Shown: piece by piece, positions 48,677 to 57,524 of the stretch | Position numbering within the stretch: position 1 is the first letter of the stretch | Layout of the letters: each line of letters starts with the position of its first letter | NCBI GenBank assembly: GCA_011523545.1 | Contig: WTGN01000013.1 | Coordinates: 80,877-144,876 of the forward strand | From: Chloroflexota bacterium | GTDB taxonomy: Bacteria > Chloroflexota > Anaerolineae > Aggregatilineales > Phototrophicaceae | Length of the DNA: 64,000 nt | Reading direction: 5' to 3' | Notes under the pieces: generated by a model | Databases searched by the model: none | Seen by the model: only the letters and a program-made list of their open reading frames with translations | What the model was told of the DNA's origin: nothing | Program-made: the position numbers and the translations under genes

Positions 48677-49597
48677 ATGGTTCAAGCGGCAATAAGTCGT
48701 GGGCGTGAGGCGCGGGAGAGCGGCGGCTTCCAGCAGCACAAGCTGGCGCCTTATGCCTTTATCTCTCCCTTCTACATCCTGTTCGCAATCTTCTTCATGG
48801 CGCCCAGCCTGATTGCGCTGGTGCTGAGCTTGTTCCGTTGGGACGGCATCAACGATCCGCGCTTCGTCCTGGCGCGCAATTACGGGCGCCTGCTAAGTGA
48901 CAAAGTCTTCGCGCAGGTGGCGACCAATACCGCCATCTACGCCATTGCCAGCCTGCTGATCGTCCTTCCCCTGGCGCTGGTGCTGGCGGTGCTGCTGAAC
49001 GCCAAATCTCTGCGCTTCAGCAACGTCTGGCGGGCGATGTACTTCACGCCGGTTGTCACCTCGACGGTGGCGATCACCCTGGTTTTTCAGATTCTCTACA
49101 GTCGCGACACTGGCTTGCTGAACGCGCCGCTGATTTATTTGGGGCTGGAGCCGATTTACTGGCTGGGCGATCGATCTTGGGCCAAGGTGGCGATCATCAT
49201 TCTGATCGCCTGGCGCTCAACCGGCTTACTCACCATCTATTTCCTGGCCGGGCTGCAAAGCATTCCCGAAGAACTATACGAAGCGGCCTCTATCGATGGC
49301 GCGAGCATGATGCAGAAGTTCTTTCGCATCACCATCCCCATGTTGCGTCCAATCATCTTGTTCGTCAGCATCATCGTCTTGCTCAGCTCAATCCAGATTT
49401 TCGACGAGCCGCAGATTCTGACACAGGGGGGACCGGCGAATTCCACCATGAGCGTTGTGCAGTATTTGTATGAGCGCGGCTATACGCGTCTGCGCCTTGG
49501 CTTCGCATCGGCGGTGGGAACGGTGCTCTTCGCGACGGTATTCATTTTGTCGCTGCTGCAGCTGCAATGGTACGGCGTCTTCCGGAAGGAGGACTGA
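48677..49597 (+). CDS. sugar ABC transporter permease (MalF-like)
   Basis: EAA loop (LYEAASIDGASMMQKFFRITIP) and six TM helices. Confidence 0.85.
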   Translation: MVQAAISRGREARESGGFQQHKLAPYAFISPFYILFAIFFMAPSLIALVLSLFRWDGINDPRFVLARNYGRLLSDKVFAQVATNTAIYAIASLLIVLPLALVLAVLLNAKSLRFSNVWRAMYFTPVVTSTVAITLVFQILYSRDTGLLNAPLIYLGLEPIYWLGDRSWAKVAIIILIAWRSTGLLTIYFLAGLQSIPEELYEAASIDGASMMQKFFRITIPMLRPIILFVSIIVLLSSIQIFDEPQILTQGGPANSTMSVVQYLYERGYTRLRLGFASAVGTVLFATVFILSLLQLQWYGVFRKED

Positions 49598-50439
49598 TGG
49601 GCGAGCGATTCGGTCAGCGTCTGGGCGTCGTTGCGCTGCATGTCGTGGTTATCAGCGGGGCGCTGTTGACGGTTGCGCCGATCGCCTTCATGATCTACTC
49701 GTCCTTCAAGACGACTACCGAGATTTTCACGTTGCCGCCCTGGCTGCCGCCGGCCGAATGGTCATTCAAGAATTACGAAACCCTGTTGACAACGTGGCAC
49801 TTTCCCTATTGGTATGCCAACAGCATCATATACGCTGGCGTGGTGACGGTATTCGTGCTCTTCTTTTGTTCGCTAGCCGGCTTCGCCTTCGCCAAGTACA
49901 ACTTCCGCGGAAAAAATCTGCTCTTCATCATTCTCATCGGCTCGACGATGATTCCTTTTCAACTGATACTGATTCCGCTGTTCATATTGATGAGCCGAAT
50001 TGACTGGGTCAATCATCCGGCGTCGATGATCATCCCCTGGATGGCGCCGGCATTTGGCATCTTCCTGATGCGGCAATATATCCAGGCGGTGCCGTCGGAA
50101 CTGATGGAATCGGCGCGCATCGACGGCGCCTCTGAATTTCGGATTTACGCCCAGGTCATCGTGCCCCTGGTGCGGCCCGGTTTGACGACGCTGGCGATTT
50201 TGACCTTCCTCGGCTCATGGAACAGCTTCATCTGGCCGTTGATGGTGCTGCGCGGCAACGAAGTCATCACGCTGCCGGTTGGCATCGCGACCATGCGCAG
50301 CCAGGCAACGGCGTCGCAGATTCCGTACGGCGAAATGATGGCGGCGGCGACGCTGGTGTCGGTGCCGGTCATCGCGCTTTTTCTATTGCTGCAGCGTTAT
50401 TTTATTTCGGGATTGACGATTGGCGCGGTGAAGGGGTAA
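49597..50439 (+). CDS. sugar ABC transporter permease (MalG-like)
   Basis: TGATG overlap with the upstream stop. EAA loop (LMESARIDGASEFRIYAQVIVP). Confidence 0.85.
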   Translation: MGERFGQRLGVVALHVVVISGALLTVAPIAFMIYSSFKTTTEIFTLPPWLPPAEWSFKNYETLLTTWHFPYWYANSIIYAGVVTVFVLFFCSLAGFAFAKYNFRGKNLLFIILIGSTMIPFQLILIPLFILMSRIDWVNHPASMIIPWMAPAFGIFLMRQYIQAVPSELMESARIDGASEFRIYAQVIVPLVRPGLTTLAILTFLGSWNSFIWPLMVLRGNEVITLPVGIATMRSQATASQIPYGEMMAAATLVSVPVIALFLLLQRYFISGLTIGAVKG

Positions 50440-50563
50440 AGGGGCCGTTACGTCCCCTTCGCCAACCCCCCTCGGTCCCCCCATTGCAATGGGGGGATGG
50501 TCGCTGCGACTCGGCGAAATCACCAACAATGGGTACGTGCTTGTGAATTGCGCCAAGATCGTG

Positions 50564-50667
50564 TGTACGGGCGAGCCGGTGGCTCGCCCTCTCGTCGCCG
50601 GCGGGCGATTCACAGAGTCGCCTCTGCCCAGTTTCGATTGTGAGAGGGCGACTTCGTTGGTCGTGCC
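50564..50667. repeat. three degenerate family B-like hairpins abutting the rpoC promoter
   Basis: TGTACGGGCGAGCCGGTGGCTCGCCC (50564-50589), GGGCGATTCACAGAGTCGCC (50603-50622) and TGTGAGAGGGCGACTTCGTTGGTCGTGCC (50639-50667). Confidence 0.5.
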
Positions 50668-50697
50668 TTGACAAAGCTGACGGAGACGCGCTACAAT
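50668..50697 (+). promoter_or_regulatory. near-consensus sigma70 promoter (TTGACA-18-TACAAT) for rpoC
   Basis: TTGACA at 50668-50673 and TACAAT at 50692-50697, giving a ~150-nt leader. Confidence 0.55.
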
Positions 50698-50855
50698 CGC
50701 TCGCAATGAAACAACGCGAATATATCACAGTTTGGGCGAGGCTCAGGGGCAGTGCCTTCTGTTGCGTTTTTGCTGTACAAAGGTGATGATGCGGCCGTTT
50801 CTTAAAGTCATTTTCATTCGATCAACTTAATCAATAGCGCGGAGGAGGTTCCGTC

Positions 50856-53800
50856 TTGGAGGCGAAAGACTTCAGTGCATTGCGTATTAGTCTGGCTTCG
50901 CCGGAGCAGGTGCGTTCCTGGTCTTATGGCGAAGTGACGAAACCCGAGACGATCAACTATCGGCGCCTGCGTCCGGAAATGGACGGGCTGTTTTGCGAGC
51001 GCACCTTCGGCCCCACGCGGGATTGGCAGTGTTATTGCGGCAAGTACAAAAATATACGTTATCGCGGCATCATCTGTGACAAATGCGGCGTCGAGGTGAC
51101 GCGCTCTTCGGTCCGGCGCGAGCGCATGGGCCATATCGAGCTGGCGGCGCCCGTCGCCCATGTTTGGTATACGCGGCGCGTCCCGAGTTATTTGGGTCTG
51201 CTGCTGGATGTGAGCCGGCGCAACCTGGATCGCGTGCTCTATTTCGCGCAATATGTGGTGACGACCGTGGATGAAGACGCGCGCGGCAAGGCAGTCGCGC
51301 GGATTGAGAAAGAACTTGAGGCCAAAGAGCAGGAACTCGCCGGCGATATCGAAGAGCAAATGAGCGAGATCCGCGGCAATCGCGATCAGATCGCTGAAGA
51401 ATTCGAGGACAAGGTCGCTGCCATTCGCGCCCACTTCGATACCGAGTTGGCCCGCCTCAGCGATGAGGTGATGAATGAGGCGCAAGTCGCGCAGACCCAG
51501 GTCGAGAATATGCTGGGTCAAACAGCGACTGAAGAGATTGCCTTGGCGGCGGCCTCGGCGATTATCGTATCCAAAGGCGAGACGATAGCCAATGACCACA
51601 TCTCTCGCATTCAAGAGCAGGTCAACGAGTATTTGAGCGGGCTTCAAGGCGAGACCGACGCGCTGGTTCAGGAAGAGATTCAGAAGATTAGCGGTGAAAT
51701 CGACACCGCCAATGTCGATGTTGACAGCTCGATGGAAGAGCATCTGAAGGCGCTTGACGAAAAGATGCTGAATCTTCGCGCCAGCGCCGAAAAGCAAATC
51801 AGCGAATTGGAAGAGCTCGCGGTTCTGCAGTTCCTCTCGGAGAGCCGCTATCGTGAGCTGAAGGGCAAGTTTGGCAACGTCTTCCAGGCCAACATGGGCG
51901 CCGAGGCCTTTTACGAGATTCTGAGCGCCTTGAACCTGGCCCGGTTGTCGGAAGAATTGTGGCTGGAAGTGCGCACCTCAAAGTCGAAGCAGCGCCGCCG
52001 CAAGGCGACCAAACGTCTGCGCGTCGTTGAAAGCCTGCGCAGCAGCCGCAACACAGTGATAGACACCGACGAAACCAAACAGGAAAACGAGCCGGAAGGC
52101 AATCGTCCCGAATGGATGATTCTGACCGTGCTGCCGGTGATACCGCCGGACCTGCGGCCGATGGTGCAGCTGGATGGCGGGCGCTTCGCCACCAGCGACC
52201 TGAATGATTTGTACCGGCGCGTCATCAATCGCAACAATCGTTTGAAGCATCTGCTGGATCTGGGCGCGCCCGATGTCATCGTGCGCAACGAAAAGCGCAT
52301 GCTGCAAGAGGCGGTCGACAGCTTGATAGACAACAGCCAGCGTGGCAAAGCGCTGAGCCGGCGCGGCCGCCGTGAACTGAAATCACTCAGTGACATGCTC
52401 AAGGGCAAGAAGGGGCGTTTCCGGCGCAACCTGCTGGGCAAGCGCGTCGATTATTCCGGCCGCTCGGTCATCGTCATCGGCCCCAAACTGAAGCTGCATC
52501 AATGCGGCCTGCCCAAGACGATGGCGCTGGAATTGTACCGGCCCTTCGTCATCAGCCGCCTGGTCTCCTATAACTACGCCAGCAATGTGAAAGGCGCCAA
52601 GCGCATCATCGAGCGCGAACGCCCGGAAGTGTGGGAAGTTCTGGAGGAGGTCATTAAGGAGCGGCCTGTGCTGCTGAATCGGGCGCCGACATTGCACCGG
52701 CTGGGCATTCAGGCTTTCGAGCCCCTGCTGGTGGAAGGCAAGGCGATTCAGATTCACCCCCTGGTCTGCTCGGCCTTTAATGCGGATTTTGATGGCGATC
52801 AAATGGCGGTGCATGTGCCGCTGAGCGAGGAGGCGGTCAAGGAAGCGCGCGAGCTGATGCTGAGCACGCGCAATCTGCTGAAGCCATCGGATGGCGCGCC
52901 GATTGTGGGGCCGGCCAAGGATATGGTCCTGGGCAATTATTATCTGACCATGGACCCAACGGTGGAAGTTGTGGCTCTGCGAGAGCGCGCTGACGAATTC
53001 CGCTCCATAGACGCGGTGCTCGGCGGTGACTTCAAGATCGGCATCGCCTTTCGCTCCAACGGTTACTATTACGCCCAATTCCGACAAGTGCTAAACAGCG
53101 AGCTCTATCTGGACGCAACCGAGCTGGATGCAAACGGACGGCCAAGCGTCACCAAGTCGGCGGTTGACCGAACCGTGGGCGCCCTCCTGGCTGGTGAGGT
53201 CGATTGCATGCTGGCCAACGCCTATGAGATGCGCAAATACCTGCGCGCGCATGGCCTGGAGGATAAGCTCGAGATCACCAATTTGCATGAGCGGCGTGTC
53301 GTGGTCGATATGGACGAGGTCGAATACCTGTATCGCATCGGCCTGGTAAGCCTGCATACGCCGATTTTGCTGGGCAATGTTTACGACAACGTCTATGACG
53401 AGCAGGAACCACAGGTGGAGCCGGAAATCTGCACCGTGGGGCGGGCGATATTCAATCGGATTCTGCCGGACGAGATGCGCTTCGTGCAGGAGACCCTCGG
53501 CAAAAAAGCCTTGCAGCAATTGGTGGCGCGCTGCTATCAGGTCATCGGCGGCGAAAGGACGACCGAAGTCGTCGACGCGATCAAGAATTTCGGCTTCCAT
53601 TATGCGACGATATCAGGCACGACAATCGCTGTCAGCGACTTGACGATTCCCGATGAACGGGCGGATATCCTGAAGCAGGCCGAGGATGTGGTCACACGAG
53701 CCGAGCGCGATTTCCGCCGCGGCTTGATGACCGAGGAAGAGCGCTATCAGGTCACGATTGACGAATGGAACCGCGCTAAAGACACCCTGCAAGAGCAGAT

Positions 53801-55484
53801 ACAGGACACCTTGGACCCCTACGGACCCATCGCGATTATGGCGATATCGGGCTCGACCAAGGGCGGCTTCGGGCCGATAACGCAGCTGGCGGGGATGCGC
53901 GGTTTGATGGCGGACCCCTCCGGGCGCATCATTGATTTGCCGATTCGTAGCCACTTCCGCGAGGGCTTGAACGCGCTCGAATACTTCATTTCGACCCATG
54001 GCGCGCGCAAAGGCCTGGCCGATACCGCGCTGCGCACGGCCGACGCCGGTTATCTCACAAGGCGGCTGGTGGATGTCGCGCAGGACATGATCGTCAATCG
54101 CTGGGATTGCAACACAACGCGCGGGCTCAAGGTCCGGCGGGACGATGATATCGCCGATCAAAGCATGGAAGAGCGGATTGTAGGGCGCTGCGCCGCGGAA
54201 GACATCTTCGATCCCGCTAGCGGCGACTTGATTGTGGCGCGCAACGAGATGATCGATGAAGAGATCGCCGTCACGATCGACAACTCCACGCTGGAAGAAG
54301 TCGAGGCGCGCAGCCCGCTGACCTGTGATCTGATCAATGGCGTCTGCGCAATGTGTTACGGGCGGGACCTGGGCACGGGCGAAATGGTCAATATCGGCGC
54401 GGCTGTCGGCATTATCGCGGCGCAATCAATTGGCGAGCCCGGTACACAGTTGACGCTGCGCACCTTCCACAGCGGCGGTACGGCCGAAGTGCGCGATATC
54501 ACCAGCGGCTTGCCACGCGTCGAGGAGCTGTTTGAAGCGCGGCGCAAGCCCAAAGGCGAAGCGCTCATCACACCGATTGGCGGCGTGCTGCGTTTGACCG
54601 AGCGCGAAGACGGCGCGCGCATCGCGACCGTAATCGACAGCTATGTTGAGAGTGATGTCCAGGTCGTGCCTGAAGATTGGGCTATCACTGTTGAGGATGG
54701 CAAAGAGGTGAAGGCCGGCGCCATCATTGCGAAGAACGGCGAGGATGCGCTGCAGGCGGAAATCTCCGGCAAAGTGCACATTGAGGATCACACCGTTTAC
54801 ATCCGCAATGAAGAGAGAGAAGAATGGGATGATGAAATCCCCGCCAACGCGCGCTTGAGCAAGACGATCCACGACGGCATGACCGTCGAGCCGGGTGAGC
54901 AACTCACCGAAGGCTCCAAGAATCCGCACCAGATATTGCGCGTCCAGGGCGCCAAAGCCACCCAGCTATACCTGCTTGGCGAAATCCAGGATGTCTATCG
55001 CAGCCAGGGCGTGAACATCGCCGACAAGCACTTCGAGACGGTCATTCGCAAGATGATGTGCAAGGTGCAGATCACCCGCAGCGGCGACAGTGATCTGCTG
55101 CCCGGTGAATTGATCGACCAGTTGAAGCTGCTGGAGATCAATGAGCGCTTGATCGCCGAAGATCGGGAGCCTTGCTCGGGGCAGCCGGTGCTTCTTGGCA
55201 TCACCAAGGCGGCGCTGAGCACGGAAAGTTATCTGTCGGCGGCGAGCTTCCAGCATACGATCAAGGTCCTGGCGGGCGCGGCAATCGAAGGTCAGGTGGA
55301 CCCGCTTCATGGCTTGAAGGAAAACGTGATCATCGGCAAGCTGATTCCGGCTGGCACAGGCTTCCATGCTTATCAGGATCGGGAGGCGGTCGCGCCGCCG
55401 GTGACGCTTGAGGCGCAAGGGGCGCTGGATCTCGAAGAGGCCGGCGACCATGATGACTTCGAAAACATGCTGAACGAGCTATAG
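50856..55484 (+). CDS. rpoC: DNA-directed RNA polymerase subunit beta' (1542 aa, lineage-specific insertions)
   Basis: Zn finger CYCGKYK...CDKCGVEV, catalytic [12 protein letters not shown], and bridge-helix/trigger-loop regions. TTG start 8 nt after GGAGGAGG. Confidence 0.97.
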   Translation: MEAKDFSALRISLASPEQVRSWSYGEVTKPETINYRRLRPEMDGLFCERTFGPTRDWQCYCGKYKNIRYRGIICDKCGVEVTRSSVRRERMGHIELAAPVAHVWYTRRVPSYLGLLLDVSRRNLDRVLYFAQYVVTTVDEDARGKAVARIEKELEAKEQELAGDIEEQMSEIRGNRDQIAEEFEDKVAAIRAHFDTELARLSDEVMNEAQVAQTQVENMLGQTATEEIALAAASAIIVSKGETIANDHISRIQEQVNEYLSGLQGETDALVQEEIQKISGEIDTANVDVDSSMEEHLKALDEKMLNLRASAEKQISELEELAVLQFLSESRYRELKGKFGNVFQANMGAEAFYEILSALNLARLSEELWLEVRTSKSKQRRRKATKRLRVVESLRSSRNTVIDTDETKQENEPEGNRPEWMILTVLPVIPPDLRPMVQLDGGRFATSDLNDLYRRVINRNNRLKHLLDLGAPDVIVRNEKRMLQEAVDSLIDNSQRGKALSRRGRRELKSLSDMLKGKKGRFRRNLLGKRVDYSGRSVIVIGPKLKLHQCGLPKTMALELYRPFVISRLVSYNYASNVKGAKRIIERERPEVWEVLEEVIKERPVLLNRAPTLHRLGIQAFEPLLVEGKAIQIHPLVCSAFNADFDGDQMAVHVPLSEEAVKEARELMLSTRNLLKPSDGAPIVGPAKDMVLGNYYLTMDPTVEVVALRERADEFRSIDAVLGGDFKIGIAFRSNGYYYAQFRQVLNSELYLDATELDANGRPSVTKSAVDRTVGALLAGEVDCMLANAYEMRKYLRAHGLEDKLEITNLHERRVVVDMDEVEYLYRIGLVSLHTPILLGNVYDNVYDEQEPQVEPEICTVGRAIFNRILPDEMRFVQETLGKKALQQLVARCYQVIGGERTTEVVDAIKNFGFHYATISGTTIAVSDLTIPDERADILKQAEDVVTRAERDFRRGLMTEEERYQVTIDEWNRAKDTLQEQIQDTLDPYGPIAIMAISGSTKGGFGPITQLAGMRGLMADPSGRIIDLPIRSHFREGLNALEYFISTHGARKGLADTALRTADAGYLTRRLVDVAQDMIVNRWDCNTTRGLKVRRDDDIADQSMEERIVGRCAAEDIFDPASGDLIVARNEMIDEEIAVTIDNSTLEEVEARSPLTCDLINGVCAMCYGRDLGTGEMVNIGAAVGIIAAQSIGEPGTQLTLRTFHSGGTAEVRDITSGLPRVEELFEARRKPKGEALITPIGGVLRLTEREDGARIATVIDSYVESDVQVVPEDWAITVEDGKEVKAGAIIAKNGEDALQAEISGKVHIEDHTVYIRNEEREEWDDEIPANARLSKTIHDGMTVEPGEQLTEGSKNPHQILRVQGAKATQLYLLGEIQDVYRSQGVNIADKHFETVIRKMMCKVQITRSGDSDLLPGELIDQLKLLEINERLIAEDREPCSGQPVLLGITKAALSTESYLSAASFQHTIKVLAGAAIEGQVDPLHGLKENVIIGKLIPAGTGFHAYQDREAVAPPVTLEAQGALDLEEAGDHDDFENMLNEL

Positions 55485-55506
55485 CGCAAAGAGCGACCAA
55501 TTGCAG

Positions 55507-55540
55507 ACGCGGGCCACCGGATGGGTCCCGCGTTCGTTTA
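55507..55540. terminator. hairpin between convergent rpoC and the hydrolase gene (possible bidirectional terminator)
   Basis: ACGCGGG-13 nt-CCCGCGT followed by TCGTTTAT; the T-tract is weak. Confidence 0.4.
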
Positions 55541-55549
55541 TGCTGCCGC

Positions 55550-56974
55550 TTAGGGGCGGGCCGCCAATGCCTGGAACAGCGGCCGTTCGCGCTGCTGGGC
55601 GCTGCCGTCAAAGCTTGGAAAGACGAGGCTGTAGCTGGCCATTTCACTGCGCTGGTTGATCGTGAACTCATTGGCGAAGTTCAGATTCCACAGAATCATC
55701 AATCCAACATCATTTCGCGCTTGGGCGATTTGGAAAGCGCGCAGCGTATAATCTCGCTGGTCGACGGCGGAGTTGTAGGCCATCCAGACTTCGGGCGCCG
55801 TGGACGGGAAGTCTTCCCAGGTCGCCCAGCCGAACTCCGTCGCCCACATCTGCGTGTTGTGCCCGTTCGCGGCGATGATGCTGCTGTAGTCGCGTATATT
55901 CTGCAAGAAGAAGAATTGTGGCCGGTCGTCCCAGCCTTGGCCGGCGACATTGTTGCAGCATAGAAAGTCGGGCGGGTTGCCCCAGCTATAGGGGTGGATG
56001 CCGATCTTCACATCAGCGTAAGCCGCCAGCCCGGCCCCATACATTTGCCGCAGAAAAGTCCGATCATTGACGGTCGCGCCGGCGCTGTTTCCGGTCGGCG
56101 CCAGGGCGGCGGTGATCACGGTGGTGCTGGGCGAGAACTCGCGGATGGCATTGTAACCGACGCGGAAAAGCTCCATATAGCTGCCGCCGTTGATGGTCCG
56201 GCCGGTCCACTCCCGCCTGAGGTTGGGCTCGTTCCAGAGTTCGATGGCGTCAATATTGGGGCCGACTTGCTCTATCAGCTTGTGGATGAACCAGTGCAGC
56301 TCATTCAAGTCATCGGGCGGGCCATCTTCGTTGCGGTCGACATTGCGCGCCCAATCCGGCGCTTTGGCGATGCTCAGCAGGACTTTCAAACCACGCTGAT
56401 CAGCCGCCTGCACGTGTTGCTGAAACAAGCGGAAGTTCCGCTCAAATTCGCCCGGACGATTGGGTTGCAGCCACTTCCAGCTGGCTTGCAGCTTAATCCA
56501 GTCGACGCGCAGCGCCGCGATCCGATCCAGAATGCGCGCCCAACCCTGCGTGTCATAGTTGTAGTGGACTTGAATGCCCATTTGCGTACGGTCGAGCCGC
56601 GCTTGATTGGCGGGCACGGCCGTTGTGTAGGCGCTGCCGGGCTGGGTCGCCGGCAGGTCGGTGGATGTGGGGCGCTCCGTCGGGCGCGGCGTTTCGGTGG
56701 CTGGCTGGGTATAAGCCGGGCCGATAATCGCGCCAAAGGATGGCTGGCCGCGGGGCGCCGTCGTCGCGGCCGGGTCCAGCGTCGGCAGCTGGGCGCCGTT
56801 TACCTTGGGCAGCTCCCGCAGCGCCTGCACCGTCGGAACGGCGGAGGCAATGGTCTCGAGCTCAACGATGGGCGCGATATCATCCGAGGGCTCGGCAGCG
56901 CAGGCGGCAAGCAGCCCGCCAATACATACGACGAGCAATGCCTTGCCGATACGGAATGTAAAGTTTGCTGTCAT
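55550..56974 (-). CDS. lipoprotein glycoside hydrolase, clan GH-A TIM barrel (GH5/GH39-like)
   Basis: Lipobox LLAAC. ELWNEPN (acid/base Glu) and WATEFGW (nucleophile Glu) motifs. Confidence 0.7.
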   Translation of the reverse strand: MTANFTFRIGKALLVVCIGGLLAACAAEPSDDIAPIVELETIASAVPTVQALRELPKVNGAQLPTLDPAATTAPRGQPSFGAIIGPAYTQPATETPRPTERPTSTDLPATQPGSAYTTAVPANQARLDRTQMGIQVHYNYDTQGWARILDRIAALRVDWIKLQASWKWLQPNRPGEFERNFRLFQQHVQAADQRGLKVLLSIAKAPDWARNVDRNEDGPPDDLNELHWFIHKLIEQVGPNIDAIELWNEPNLRREWTGRTINGGSYMELFRVGYNAIREFSPSTTVITAALAPTGNSAGATVNDRTFLRQMYGAGLAAYADVKIGIHPYSWGNPPDFLCCNNVAGQGWDDRPQFFFLQNIRDYSSIIAANGHNTQMWATEFGWATWEDFPSTAPEVWMAYNSAVDQRDYTLRAFQIAQARNDVGLMILWNLNFANEFTINQRSEMASYSLVFPSFDGSAQQRERPLFQALAARP

Positions 56975-56999
56975 TTGCCTCTTTCCCTGGCCATCGAAC

Positions 57000-57046
57000 T
57001 GTAGGGGCGAGAGGAGGTTAGTGTCTACGCTACCCTTGTCTCGCCC
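57000..57046 (+). repeat. composite family B hairpin carrying the 19-nt core in its loop
   Basis: TGTAGGGGCGAGA-GGA-GGTTAGTGTCTACGCTACC-CTTG-TCTCGCCC, with the core at 57016-57034. Confidence 0.75.
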
Positions 57047-57092
57047 TGAAGCGCGCTACCACAAACACGGGCGACCAGCAATCAGCGTCGGC

Positions 57093-57146
57093 GGTCAGTG
57101 TCTACGCGACCTACGCGACCTACGCGACCTACGCGACCTACGCGAC
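57093..57146 (+). repeat. 19-nt core followed by a 9-bp tandem repeat (TACGCGACC x ~4.9)
   Basis: The core GGTCAGTGTCTACGCGACC lies at 57093-57111. Its last 9 nt are reiterated through 57146. Confidence 0.9.
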
Positions 57147-57299
57147 TCAATGGCTCGCCACTACTGACTTCACATGTCGCCGGTTCATTATCTTGTGTGA
57201 ACCAAGTTGTGACCAGCGAGCGGCTATCGTTTGCAATTATTGCGCGACTTTCTTGGCGCTGCTGCCGGCCATCAGGCGAAAGAGAAGGCGTCAATGCAT

Positions 57300-57329
57300 T
57301 TGACACCCGCTCGAATAGCATTCTACAAT
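57300..57329 (+). promoter_or_regulatory. near-consensus sigma70 promoter (TTGACA-18-TACAAT) for gyrA
   Basis: TTGACA at 57300-57305 and TACAAT at 57324-57329, giving a ~190-nt leader. Confidence 0.5.
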
Positions 57330-57524
57330 GGGAAATTGAAGTCCGCATGGAAAACTTCGCGGCGAGCCTGACGATAGCTCTACGTTGCCCCTGGTCTTGA
57401 TGCCTTTGAGCCCGGGCGCAACGCTCGGGCAGCGGCAAGCAATGGAGCGGCGCCGGAAGCCGGCCTGAAGCCCGCCGCCAATGCAGAACATCCGACCACA
57501 TAATGAATAGACTGAGGCCCTTCA

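Noticed and set aside
51268-52100. The large rpoC insertion as an intein or a fused foreign gene.
   Set aside because: There are no intein splice-junction motifs (Cys/Ser at the N-end, His-Asn at the C-end) and no endonuclease motifs. The sequence is a charged, heptad-like segment at a known lineage-variable site of beta'.
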